Assembly (NCBI GenBank): GCA_963814585.1
Contig: CAWFDF010000003.1
Location: forward strand, 1 to 64,000
DNA from: an uncultured delta proteobacterium
GTDB taxonomy: Bacteria > Myxococcota > Myxococcia > Myxococcales > Anaeromyxobacteraceae
Direction of reading: 5' to 3'
Length of the DNA stretch: 64,000 nucleotides
The notes beneath the pieces were generated by a model, which saw only the letters and a program-made list of their open reading frames with translations, searched no databases and had not been told where the DNA came from. Below, piece after piece: positions 20,010 to 29,670 of this stretch (its first letter is position 1; each line of letters starts with the position of its first letter). The translations under genes were made by a program, and so were the position numbers.

Positions 20010-20456
20010 ATGACAGAGAGCGACAAGACCCAGGCACAGCGCTGGATGGACCTGCTCGGCGAGGACGGCTTCCGCCCCCGGCTGGAGGTGAACGACGAGC
20101 ATCCCGAGCAGCTGTGCATCTACTTCAAGTCCGAGGGGACCAAGTACCTGCTCTTCCTGGACGACAGGGACGCGACCTTCTTCAACCTCTCGCTCTGCTA
20201 CAACCTGGGCGAGGTGGCCGGCGCCGGCGACTTCGCGCTGTTGAACGCCGCCAACGAGGAGAACCGGCACGCCAAGGGGACCAAGGTCACGGTCGACCTG
20301 GAGGACCGGGTGGCCTACTTCAACATCGAGGGGTTTGGCGAGGCGCCGCCCTCGCCTGAGATGTTCGAGCGGATGGTGGGCCAGTGCAGCTATTCCGCCG
20401 ACTGCTTCTTCTCCACGCTTCGGAAGTCGACCAAGCCGGTGCCGCTGGCATCGTGA
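20010..20456 (+). CDS. YbjN/CesT-fold protein (paralog of 59198..59686)
   Basis: L..DGFRP..IYFKSEG..Y.L..D..D..FF.L...LNAANEEN...K.TKV pattern; shares TKVTVDLEDR and FERMVGQC with the 59 kb copy. Confidence 0.7.
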   Translation: MTESDKTQAQRWMDLLGEDGFRPRLEVNDEHPEQLCIYFKSEGTKYLLFLDDRDATFFNLSLCYNLGEVAGAGDFALLNAANEENRHAKGTKVTVDLEDRVAYFNIEGFGEAPPSPEMFERMVGQCSYSADCFFSTLRKSTKPVPLAS

Positions 20457-20571
20457 CCCGTCCTGGCTGGGCGGCAGTTCGGCCCCAGACACGCTTCGGA
20501 CACGCCAGCCTGGGCCCTCTCGCCCGCGCCAGTCCACCCCATGCCCGCGAGGGCGCAAACAGGAGGATTGC

Positions 20572-20730
20572 ATGAGCGGCTCCACCATCTCTTCGGCGTT
20601 CTTCATCGCCATCGCGCTCGACTGCATCCGTCGGGGCGACCTCGAGGGGGCCGTGCTGGCCGAGGCCGAGGCGGCCTCGCTGGCGCCCGCGGAGGCGCCG
20701 TTCGGATCGACCACCGTGGCGGAGGCCTGA
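20572..20730 (+). CDS. Small hypothetical protein (52 aa)
   Basis: AGGAGG before ATG 20572; its stop abuts the HD gene start. Confidence 0.45.
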   Translation: MSGSTISSAFFIAIALDCIRRGDLEGAVLAEAEAASLAPAEAPFGSTTVAEA

Positions 20731-21264
20731 GTGAACGCGAGCGACCTGACGCCACGGCCCGACCCGGCCTGGTTCATCCGCCCCGGTGGCGAGGACGGCT
20801 CCGGCCACATCCACGGGACCGGGCACGCCGCGCGCGTCACCATCCACGCCGGCGAGCTGGCCACCGTCCTCGGCCTGGCCGACTGGCAGGTGCAGGCGGC
20901 TCGGCTGGCCGGCCTGTGGCACGACATCGGGCGCGAGCACGACGGCGGCGACTACTTCCACGGCGCCCGGAGCGCGGGAAAGGTCGTCGGCCTCGGCCTC
21001 CACCGCGGTGTCGCCCGGCCGGTCCTCGAGGTGGCTCTTCTGGCCGTGACCTTCCACAGCGCGGAGGATCGGCGAGGCGAGGAAGCCAGCCGGTACGCGA
21101 CGAACCCGGCGGCCGCCCTGTCTGTCTTCCGCGTCCTGAAGGACGCCGATGCCCTCGACCGGGTCCGGTTCGGACGAAACGGGCTCGACCTGCGCCTGCT
21201 GCGGTTCAAGGAGTCGCACGCGATGGTCGGCAGGGCCGTGGAGCTGGTCCGGTCGGTGGTGTGA
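20731..21264 (+). CDS. HD-domain phosphohydrolase
   Basis: HG..HAARV, WHDIGR..DG.D..HG.RSA, KDADALDRVR. Confidence 0.85.
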   Translation: MNASDLTPRPDPAWFIRPGGEDGSGHIHGTGHAARVTIHAGELATVLGLADWQVQAARLAGLWHDIGREHDGGDYFHGARSAGKVVGLGLHRGVARPVLEVALLAVTFHSAEDRRGEEASRYATNPAAALSVFRVLKDADALDRVRFGRNGLDLRLLRFKESHAMVGRAVELVRSVV

Positions 21265-21369
21265 ACGCCTCGACAAGAACAGGGAGCGATTGCCTCCGGC
21301 ACGGGCCGGTCTCGCGCCCGGGTCGCGTTACTGTTGGATTTGCGGACTTCAACTGTTGGATTTGCCGAA

Positions 21370-21663
21370 GACACACCCGCCAGGTTCGTCGCCGGGGCTC
21401 GCCAGACCGGCAAGAGCACCCTGGTCCAGGGCCTGGTGAAGCGCTCCCGCGGCTGGACCTACCGGACCTTCGACGGTTTCGCCACGCTGCCTTCGGTCCA
21501 GGCAGATCCGCAGGGATTCGTGGAGGACCTCGGCGACCGCCTTCGTTGCGGGGTGGTGCTCTACACCGGGCGCAAGGTCCTTCTCTTTGGACCTCGGCTC
21601 TGGGCGGTGCCGGTGTCGACCCTCTGGAGCGGTGCTGTGCGCCCGTCCAGGGCTGCCCGCTGA
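21370..21663 (+). pseudogene. AAA_14/DUF4143 ATPase with large in-frame internal deletion
   Basis: N-terminal GARQTGKSTL..DPQGFVEDL is joined directly to C-terminal GDR...GVVLYTG....FG.RLWAVPVS.LW. Confidence 0.75.
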
Positions 21664-21891
21664 GGATGGCGCGTGCGGCTGCCCCGGAGCGAGCTCACCG
21701 CCGGCGTCGCGCACCGCCGGTCGCCGCCACTCGACCGACCTCCGATTCGGCCAGCGGCGACGCGATGGAGCGGATCTGGACGTCGAGCGGCGGCCCTCAC
21801 ATCAGGCGGAAGCGGAATCGAGGTTCGATGGTTCTCATCAGCGACTGGCTGCTTCGGCATGGGCCCGCGCATGCAACTCGAACGAGGTCAA

Positions 21892-22482
21892 ATGGCATCC
21901 ATCTGGGACGAGCGCTTCGCTGACGAGGGGTATGTCTACGGCACGGCGCCCAACAGCTCGGCTGGAGGCGCAGGCGGGCAGGCTCCAGGCGGGGAGCCGA
22001 GTCTCGCTCGGCGAAGGCGAAGGGCGCAACGCCGTCTGGCTGGCCACCCAGCGCCACCGGATCGAGGCCGTGGACGGCTCGAGCGTCGGCCTCGAGAAGG
22101 CCCAGCGGCTTGCCGCGGCGCGAGGGGTGACGATCCAGGCCACGTCGCCGACCTGGCCACCTGGTGCCCGCGCCCGCCGCGTATGGAGCCGTGGTGCTCA
22201 TCTTCGTCCACCTGCCGCGCCGCTGCGCGCCTGGTCCACGCCCGGGCGGAGGCGGCCCTCGCGCCCGGGCCTGCTGATCTTCGAGGCCTTCACGCCGCGC
22301 CAGCTCGCCTTCGAGCAGCGGGCCGAGCAGCTCGAGGCGCTCTACGAAGCCGAGCGCTGCGCCAGCTTCCGGGTATCGCCTGGGAGATTCTCCGTGAGAG
22401 GATCGAGCTGGACGAGGGCGGCTGCACAGGGCAAGGCCGCGTGGTCCGTGGGCTTGGCCGCCGCACCGGAGCGCCTCGGTGA
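21892..22482 (+). CDS. Class I SAM-dependent methyltransferase, many frameshifts
   Basis: WDERF....YVYGTAPN, SLGEGEGRNAVWLA, AVDGSSVGLEKA, LIFEAFTP.QL. Confidence 0.8.
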   Translation: MASIWDERFADEGYVYGTAPNSSAGGAGGQAPGGEPSLARRRRRAQRRLAGHPAPPDRGRGRLERRPREGPAACRGARGDDPGHVADLATWCPRPPRMEPWCSSSSTCRAAARLVHARAEAALAPGPADLRGLHAAPARLRAAGRAARGALRSRALRQLPGIAWEILRERIELDEGGCTGQGRVVRGLGRRTGAPR

Positions 22483-22526
22483 ACCGTTCCGAGGGCCAGC
22501 GGCTCTGAGATTGAAGGGGGTGGACC

Positions 22527-23086
22527 ATGGCGCAGGACCAGAACCCGGATGAAGAGGCGGCTGCGTCACTGCGCGCGCTGGACAAGGAGACGCTCATCCG
22601 CATCGTGCTGGATGACGCCAAGAACTGGCTCGCGCACGACGGCCTCTGGTTCCAGGCCATCGAGAAGACCCACGGGATGGACGTGGCCATCGAGGCCGAT
22701 CGGGCCGCCTGGGAGAAATTCGACCGTGGTCGAGGCCCGCGGATCATGGAGCGGCTCGGCCTGCGTCCGAGCGGCGGCATCCCGGCGCTCCTCGAGTGCC
22801 TGCAGCACCGCTTCTACGCCCGCCTCAACATCCAGGAAGCGACCGAGGTGACCGAGACCCGGGCCGTCTTACGCTGCGCGACTGTCGGGTGCAGTCGGCC
22901 CGCAAGCGCAAGAGGCTCCCCGACTTCCCCTGCAAGAGCGTGGGCATCGTCGAGTACACCGAGTTTGCCACGACACGTCGACCCGCGCATCCAGACGCGC
23001 TGTCTCGCCTGCCGCCCGATGCCCACCCGGACGACCGCTGGTGCAGCTGGGAGTTCACCATCGCGCCAGGGGCCGGCGCGCGCTGA
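22527..23086 (+). CDS. DUF6125-like protein, frameshifted
   Basis: AKNWLAHDGLWFQAIE, CRVQSARKRKRLPDFPCKSVG.VEY..FA, C.WEF. Confidence 0.7.
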
Positions 23087-23206
23087 GCCTCGAAGAGCCA
23101 GCGGGTCCCGCGAAGCCCGGGGATGTGAGCGCCTCGCGCAGGAGCTGGCGACGGACGCGCTCCCGGGCGATCGGATCTTGTATGGTCATCCATCCTGGAG
23201 ATGCAC

Positions 23207-23950
23207 ATGACCGTCGACCCGAGCGCCGAGCCTTCGCTGTGCCGCCTGCAGCACCGTCTTCAAGAAGAAGGGGGTCACCGCCTGCTGGAGCCCTGATCCG
23301 GCCGCGGCCCCACCTCGACCCGGCAACTGCCCCACGTCGAACCACCGCGACGTCGTCGACTCCGCGCTGGCGGCGTACCGGCCCGGAGGCGCCGACGAGC
23401 GGCTCGCCCGGGGGCGGCCGAGGTCGAGGGGCGCTGCTGCGACCAAGCCGCCGACGGCGCGGTCCACGCCCGCTGGACGCGCGTCGAGGACACCGTCGCG
23501 CTGGCGCACCGCATGGGCTGGCGACGCGTCGGCATCGCCACCTGCATCGGTCTCCTCGACGAGACGGCCCGGCTCGCCGAGATCCTGGAGGCGCAAGGCC
23601 TCGAGCCCATGTCGGTCTGCTGCAAGGTCGGCTCGGTCGACAAGGTGGCGCTGGGAATCGAGGAGGCCTTCAAGGTCCGCCCGAACACCTTCGAGCCACT
23701 CTGCAACCCGGTGGCACAGGCCCAGATCCTCAACCGGCTCGGCACCGACATGAACGTCATCGTCGGGCTCTGCGTGGGCCACGACATGCTCTTCACCAAG
23801 CACGCCGACGCGCCCACCACCACGCTGGTGGCCAAGGATCGCGTCACCGGCCACAACCCGGTGGCCGCCCTCTATGGAACGAACTTCTACTACAAGCGGC
23901 TCGCCAAGCAGCCGGTCACCTCGCCCCGGGACCCGCCGGGAACCGGCTAG
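23207..23950 (+). CDS. DUF1847 family metal-binding protein, 5' part frameshifted
   Basis: TRVED, GIATCIGL..E, SVCCKVG, CNPVAQA.ILN, GLCVGHD.LF, KDRVTGHNP. Confidence 0.85.
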
Positions 23951-24548
23951 CGCCTCGCCCTGAATCCCTGCCCGTGCTTCTCTCGGGATCCGAGAAGCCC
24001 GCCGGCGGGATCCCGAGCGCCTGCACCAGCCTGGCCCAGTAGTTCACCTGCGCCGACGTGGTGGCCAGCACCACGATCTCGCGCTCGCCGAAGTTGCGCT
24101 GGAGCTCGGCGACGAAGTCGGGCGGGAAGCGGAGCGGCGTCTGCGACGCCAGCTGGGCGTACCGGACGGCGATCCGCTCGGGCCCGGACAGGCTGGGGAT
24201 GGCGCCGGGATCGAGGTGGCTCCGCAGCGCCTCCAGCTCCTCGTCGGTCACGCCCGCCTCCAGGTGGTGGTGGGCGTTCATGTCGGCGCAGAACGGGCAG
24301 GCGGTCGCGAAGGAGGCGGCCAGCCGGACCAGCTTGAGCATGCGCCTGTCGATCCGCCCGTCGCGGTCGGTGATGGTCGCCTCCAGGGTGCCGGCGCCGA
24401 AGGCTGCACGCGGGTACCAGGCGAGGATCCGGGCCGGCAGGAGCCGCTTGCCGGCTATTCGCTCGGCCAGGTACGTAGCGAGCCGGAGGAGGAGCGGCGC
24501 GCGCGCTGGCGGGTCGATGAAGGCGCCCGATGAGGGTGGAGCGGACAT
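23916..24548 (-). CDS. Carboxymuconolactone decarboxylase/AhpD-like protein
   Basis: KLVRLAAS....CPFC.DMN, ER.A..YA, L...F.EREIV.L...A.VNYWAR. Confidence 0.8.
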   Translation of the reverse strand: MSAPPSSGAFIDPPARAPLLLRLATYLAERIAGKRLLPARILAWYPRAAFGAGTLEATITDRDGRIDRRMLKLVRLAASFATACPFCADMNAHHHLEAGVTDEELEALRSHLDPGAIPSLSGPERIAVRYAQLASQTPLRFPPDFVAELQRNFGEREIVVLATTSAQVNYWARLVQALGIPPAGFSDPERSTGRDSGRGASRFPAGPGAR

Positions 24549-24805
24549 GGTCGGTCGCGGACTGTGCCGGGGTTCCTGACTTTGCCTCAGCGCTCGCGCA
24601 GTAGCCAACTCGGCACGGACACCTGGGCTTGATCCGGCTCGGCGGACAGATCCGCAAAGCCCCAGTGGTGGCAGCGAGCACCTCCAGGGCACCCCATCAG
24701 AGAATTGCAGTACCGCATGCAGTTCACCATACGTCGGGCGGTATGACGGAGGCGTGCGCCGATGGATGGAACCGACCGCGCTCTGCGGCCTTGGACGGCT
24801 CCGCC

Positions 24806-25003
24806 ACTTGCCATTCCTTGCCATCTCCACTTGCTATTCTGCTGCTATTCCTGGTGGGGCACCGAGGGGCATGGCGGGGAATGGAGGGGCATCGACGACC
24901 GTCTTCTTGTCTCTGGCGCGAGGGTGTTTCCGGGGATTGCAGCGTGACGTCGCCAGGATAGGTGACTCACTATTGGTCAATGCGAGTCCCCTGCACCCCG
25001 CTT
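24806..25003 (+). mobile_element. Island right-end/att region copy 2
   Basis: 24830-25003 is a diverged copy of 15194-15367; four YTGCYAT(TC) arm-like motifs at about 24806-24851; core tgcgagtcccctgcaccccgc at 24981-25001. Confidence 0.65.
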
Positions 25004-25009
25004 CAAGAA

Positions 25010-25041
25010 TCACCCCGTAAGCCTGATGGCCTACGGGGTGA
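25010..25041. terminator. Hairpin after att core 2 (terminator-like)
   Basis: tcaccccgtaagcc-tgat-ggcctacggggtga. Confidence 0.55.
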
Positions 25042-25166
25042 CTGTTGAAGCGCCCACGACACACCCAGCGCCGTCATGGTCAGGAAGTGCGCGGCTGACG
25101 CCTCTCGCCAGGCTGGCTGCACCGCCGGAGCGGTCACCAGGCGTGGCGCTGCCGCCGTGCCGAGGC

Positions 25167-26771
25167 CTACCGGAACCGGAACAGCAGCGCGTCGTAGCGC
25201 TCGCTCAGGTAGGTGTAGGAGCCATCTGCGCTCCAGGGGCGTGCCCGACGCCCAGCCGCGACGTAGAGCCGGCCATCGCCGTCGAAGGCGATCGGGTCGA
25301 TCGACCACACGAGGTCGACGTCACTCGGCAGGCGACACAGGTAACTGACCTCTCCCCCCGGGCCGACGACGTACAGGTCGGCCATACCGAGGTCGAAGGA
25401 TACGGCGGCGTGCCCGTCTGGGGCGACGGCCAGGCTCATCAGGCTCGAAGATCGCGCCACCGTCGCCATCCCGCCATTCCCGAACGTCGCGTCGGGCAGG
25501 CCGTCGGGGGTGAGCCGGAGAAGGGCGCTGGTGGAGGGGCCAGTGGACCCGGCCACGAGGATCCTCCCCACGGCGTCGAGCTTCATGGCCTGCGCCCCGC
25601 CGAGCGCGGCGAGGCAGCGTGCGCCGCCATCCCCGAAGGTCGGGTCGGCCGCACCGTTCGGGCCGTAGCGCTCGAGGCGGGCTCCGCAGGTGGCGGTGGT
25701 GGTGGCAACCAGCAGGCCGCCAGACGGGAGCACCTCGAGGCCGACCAGCTTCCCGGGTGCTCGCAGGACTCCAGCGATCGCGAAGCCGGGGTCGATGGAC
25801 CCATCCGCGAGGAGGCGGACCAGCGCGTAGGTGGTCGGTGACTCGTAGAGGCTGCCGAAGGCGAGGACCAGCCTGCCGTCCTCCAGGACGCGCAGTGCGC
25901 GCTGGCGGGTGTCCTGGAGACCCGGGCCCGTCACGGCCGCGAGGCCGCTGGCCCCGAAGCTTGGATCGAGCGCGCCAAGGGGGTCGAGCCGGGCCACCGT
26001 GCTGACGCCGCCCGGCGATCGGTTGAACGCCGCCACCAGGACGCGGCCGCTCCCGTCGCGCGCCACCGACTGGAATTCGGTCGGAGTGACGAAGGAGACC
26101 ATCACGTTGGCAGCGAGGTAGGACGGGTCGGGCGCTCCGTCCACGCCGGCCTTGAAGACGAAGGCGCCCTCGCCTCCACTCCCTTGCGCTGGCGCCCGAA
26201 GCCCGATGGTCCAGGACTCACCGCCTGGCGCCACCGCCAGGCCGGAGCCGATGGCCCTGGCCGTCATCAGGATCCCGCGGTCACCGAACGTGGCGTCGAG
26301 CGACGCCCCGCTCCAGGTCTGGAAGGTCCAGCTGAAGTCGCCCGGATCACCGCCGAGGGTGCGCGCCCCAGCCACGGTCGCGGTGTAGGTCACGCCCGGG
26401 TCCAGGGCCCCGGACGGCATGAACTGCATCCATGACTGGCCCATCGTCGTGCTCCCTGGCACCGCCCGTCCCAGGTCATCCCGTACCGTGATGCTCCCCG
26501 TGGCGGCCAGGAGGAGCCTCCCGGCGACCGCCCGCCCCGACGGGTAGGTCGACCACTCCGTGGCCCAGACCGCCAGCGGCTCGCCCGTCTGCGGTGCCAC
26601 GGTCAATCCATCCGGAGCGGCATCCCACTGGACATGCCTGGTCGGCACCGCGCAGGGATCCCCACACGGTGGTCCCATGTTGCCGAAGAAGGGACCGCTG
26701 CACGCAGACAGCGTCACCGCCGCCAGCAGCGTCGCGAAGAAGACCTCGACGCCTCGATGGCTCCCTGACAT
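25167..26771 (-). CDS. Lipoprotein with Ig-like domain and delta-60-type beta-propeller repeats
   Basis: Lipobox LSAC; F.PSGAL.PG.TYTATV..FSWTF.T; repeated G.LDPSFG..G / DGRILVAG units. Confidence 0.8.
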   Translation of the reverse strand: MSGSHRGVEVFFATLLAAVTLSACSGPFFGNMGPPCGDPCAVPTRHVQWDAAPDGLTVAPQTGEPLAVWATEWSTYPSGRAVAGRLLLAATGSITVRDDLGRAVPGSTTMGQSWMQFMPSGALDPGVTYTATVAGARTLGGDPGDFSWTFQTWSGASLDATFGDRGILMTARAIGSGLAVAPGGESWTIGLRAPAQGSGGEGAFVFKAGVDGAPDPSYLAANVMVSFVTPTEFQSVARDGSGRVLVAAFNRSPGGVSTVARLDPLGALDPSFGASGLAAVTGPGLQDTRQRALRVLEDGRLVLAFGSLYESPTTYALVRLLADGSIDPGFAIAGVLRAPGKLVGLEVLPSGGLLVATTTATCGARLERYGPNGAADPTFGDGGARCLAALGGAQAMKLDAVGRILVAGSTGPSTSALLRLTPDGLPDATFGNGGMATVARSSSLMSLAVAPDGHAAVSFDLGMADLYVVGPGGEVSYLCRLPSDVDLVWSIDPIAFDGDGRLYVAAGRRARPWSADGSYTYLSERYDALLFRFR

Positions 26772-27016
26772 GGCCCTCACCTCCCAGGAGAAGCGCGACG
26801 GGGAGATCACTCTATGGCCTGGGTCGACGAGGAAGAAGGGCGATCGGCTCCCCCGCTCCTCGAGCGACACCAGGCGGCGGCCTACCCTTGCCCACATTGC
26901 GGCACGACGACCCAAGGTGAAAGGATGTCCCCCTCGACGACGAATCGCCAACGGCGCGCCCCCGCTGGTCACCAGCTGCTGCGGGCCATCACGCATCACG
27001 TGCCGCGAGGGATTCG

Positions 27017-29347
27017 ATGAAGCTCAGCGACAGGGCCAGGACGTCGTGCGGTCTCGTCTCCCTGCTCCTGCTGGCCGGCTGCGGCGGCGGGGCCTCGGAG
27101 CCCGTCCACTACTACCACTTCATCTGCAACGGCGACCCGGAGTGCCTGAGCACCAACTTCGCCGGCGCGCCGTCCGGCACCTCGAGCCAGGGCCCGGGCC
27201 AGGCCGGGATCTCCGGCTGCAACGGCCTCCTCTACTTCGGCAACAACTTCTGGAACATCCCGCCGGCGCAGCAGTGGTGCGACACGTCGCCGGGCATGAA
27301 CCCGCCGCCGGTGCCCGCGGTCACCGTCAGCCTGGCGCCCTCGACCATCGACGCCGGCCAGAGCGCGACGCTCACCTGGTCGTCGACGCTGATGACCTCC
27401 TGCACGGCCAGCGGGGCCTGGAGCGGCGCCAGGGGCACCAGCGGCACCCTGGTGGTCGCGCCGCCCACCCCCGGGACCTACCGGTACGGCCTGAGCTGCA
27501 CCGGCTCGAGCGGCCCGGCCTCGGGCCTGGCCACGCTCACCGTCGCCGTGCCGCCCCCCACCGTCCAGCTCGCGCTCTCGCCGGCGGCCATCACGGTGGG
27601 CCAGTCCGCCACCCTCACCTGGACGACCTGGCAGTACACCAGCTGCACCGCCAGCGGTCCCTGGAGCGGGCCGGTGGCCCTGAACGGCAGCCAGGTGGTG
27701 ACGCCGGTCGCCGCAGGCACGTACACCTACGTGCTGAGCTGCCTGAGCGCGACCAAGGGCACCGGCACCGGCGCGGCGACGCTCACGGTCGCCCCGGCCG
27801 CGGGGCCTCCGCCGGCGCCGCCCACGGTCAGCCTCACGGCCGCCACGGAGTACCCCTCCTGCATCGACACCGGACAGGCGACCACGCTGACCTGGTCCTC
27901 CACCGGCGCGACCTCCTGCACGGCCGGAGGCGCCTGGAGCGGGCCGCTGGCCACGAGCGGCAGCGAGCTGGTGTTCCCCGGCGCGGCGCTCGCCACGGCC
28001 CTTTCCACGTTCGACTACGCCCTGACCTGCGAGGGGAGCGGCGGCACCGCCAGCGCGGTGGTGAAGGTCTGCGCCAGCCCGGGCAACGGCACCACGCCCC
28101 CGCCCCGGCCCACCGTCAGCATCGCCGTGTCACCGGCCAGCATCTCGCTCGGGGAGTCGGCGACGCTGACCTGGTCCTCCCAGTACGCCGGCTCGTGCAC
28201 CGCCTCGGACGCCTGGACCGGGCTGCGGCCGCTCGCGGGCACGGCCAGCGTGACGCCGCCGAGCGCCGGCATCTTCGTCTACCAGCTCTCCTGCCAGGGC
28301 TACCAGGGCCTCGGCTCGGGCCAGGCGATCCTGAGCGTGCAGGTCGCCTCGGGCTCGTCGCCGCTGGCGGCGCGCTTCTGCCGACCGCAGGGGCTGGCCT
28401 TCGACGCCTCGGACACGCTCTGGATCGCCGACTCCGGCAACTCCACCATCCGCACCATCACGCGCGGCGGCCTGGTCAGCACCGTGGCGGGGCTGGCGGG
28501 CTACGGCGCCTACGCCGATGGGCTCGGCGCCTCGGCGCGGTTCAACTCCCCGGTCGGCATCGTCGTGGACGCCGCCGGCAGGGTCCTGGTGGGCGACGCC
28601 GGCAACGACGCCGTCCGGCAGGTCGCGTCGGACGGCACCGTGACCACCCTGGCGGGCCGGCCCGGCAACCTCGCCAACGGCGTCCCCGTCGACGGCACCG
28701 GCGCGGGGGCCAGCTTCTGGAGCCCCTACGGCGTCGCCGTGGCCGCGAGCGGGGACGCCTTCGTGGCCGACTACGGGGTCTGCACCATCCGCAAGGTCAC
28801 GCCGGGCGGCGTGGCCACCACCTTCGCCGGGGCCTGGGGCGTCACCGGCTCCGCCGACGGCACCGGCACCGCCGCCACCTTCCGCTGTCCCACCGGCCTG
28901 GCGATCCCGGCCTCCGGGGATCTCTACGTCACCGACATGGCCAACCACACCATCCGCAAGGTCACGCCGGACGGCGTGGTGACGACCTTCGCCGGGACCG
29001 CGGGCGTGCCGGGCTCGGCGGACGGCCAGGGCGCCGCGGCCAGGTTCTCCAGCCCGTTCGCGCTGGCGGCGGACAGCCAGGGCAACCTGCTCGTCGTCGA
29101 CCAGGGCAACCTCAAGATCCGCAAGATCACCCCGGCCGGCGTGGTGAGCACCTTCGCCGGGAGCGGCGCCTGGGGCGGCGCCAACGGCGCGGCCGGCGAG
29201 GCCAGCTTCTACAACCCCGCCGGCATCGCCGTCGACAGCGCCGACGAGGTCTACGTGGCGGACGGCGCGAGCATCCGGAGGATCACGCCGGCCGGCGTCG
29301 TCTCGCTCTTCGCCGGGCAGGCGGACGCCTGCGGCGCCACCAACTGA
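27017..29347 (+). CDS. Lipoprotein with four Ig-like repeats and NHL-repeat propeller
   Basis: Lipobox LAGC; 4x G.SATLTW....SCTA...W.G..Y.L.C; repeated F..P.G.A.D...VAD..N..IRKITP.GVV.T.AG. Confidence 0.9.
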   Translation: MKLSDRARTSCGLVSLLLLAGCGGGASEPVHYYHFICNGDPECLSTNFAGAPSGTSSQGPGQAGISGCNGLLYFGNNFWNIPPAQQWCDTSPGMNPPPVPAVTVSLAPSTIDAGQSATLTWSSTLMTSCTASGAWSGARGTSGTLVVAPPTPGTYRYGLSCTGSSGPASGLATLTVAVPPPTVQLALSPAAITVGQSATLTWTTWQYTSCTASGPWSGPVALNGSQVVTPVAAGTYTYVLSCLSATKGTGTGAATLTVAPAAGPPPAPPTVSLTAATEYPSCIDTGQATTLTWSSTGATSCTAGGAWSGPLATSGSELVFPGAALATALSTFDYALTCEGSGGTASAVVKVCASPGNGTTPPPRPTVSIAVSPASISLGESATLTWSSQYAGSCTASDAWTGLRPLAGTASVTPPSAGIFVYQLSCQGYQGLGSGQAILSVQVASGSSPLAARFCRPQGLAFDASDTLWIADSGNSTIRTITRGGLVSTVAGLAGYGAYADGLGASARFNSPVGIVVDAAGRVLVGDAGNDAVRQVASDGTVTTLAGRPGNLANGVPVDGTGAGASFWSPYGVAVAASGDAFVADYGVCTIRKVTPGGVATTFAGAWGVTGSADGTGTAATFRCPTGLAIPASGDLYVTDMANHTIRKVTPDGVVTTFAGTAGVPGSADGQGAAARFSSPFALAADSQGNLLVVDQGNLKIRKITPAGVVSTFAGSGAWGGANGAAGEASFYNPAGIAVDSADEVYVADGASIRRITPAGVVSLFAGQADACGATN

Positions 29348-29670
29348 GCGGGGCCGGCGCCGGCAGGACCAGGAAGCGGTCACCCACCTTCGCCACCCAC
29401 CCGAGCACGATCCGGCCTCCCGGGCGGAGCGCGTAGACCCGCTCCGCGGCCAGGCCGCCCGGCCCCAGGTCGCGCCAGACGCTTGTTCAGCGCGAGGCGG
29501 GGTGCGCGGTGGAGGTCGACTGGCGCGCCGCCGACCTCCTCGCCGGCATTCCGCAGGTGTCGCTGGAGATCGGCGGCCATGCCTTCAAGGCCCGGCGCCC
29601 GTCCCGGCAGCCCCCGTGTCCGTCCCACCCCTACGGTGATCCTCACGGAGTCCGGCCCGGAGGAGACACC

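Noticed and set aside
26560..29436. Long Arg/Pro/Gly-rich alternative-frame and antisense ORFs (also 42657..45020, 46634..49069, 37013..39298)
   Set aside because: Typical stop-poor shadow frames of high-GC genes, with no motifs.
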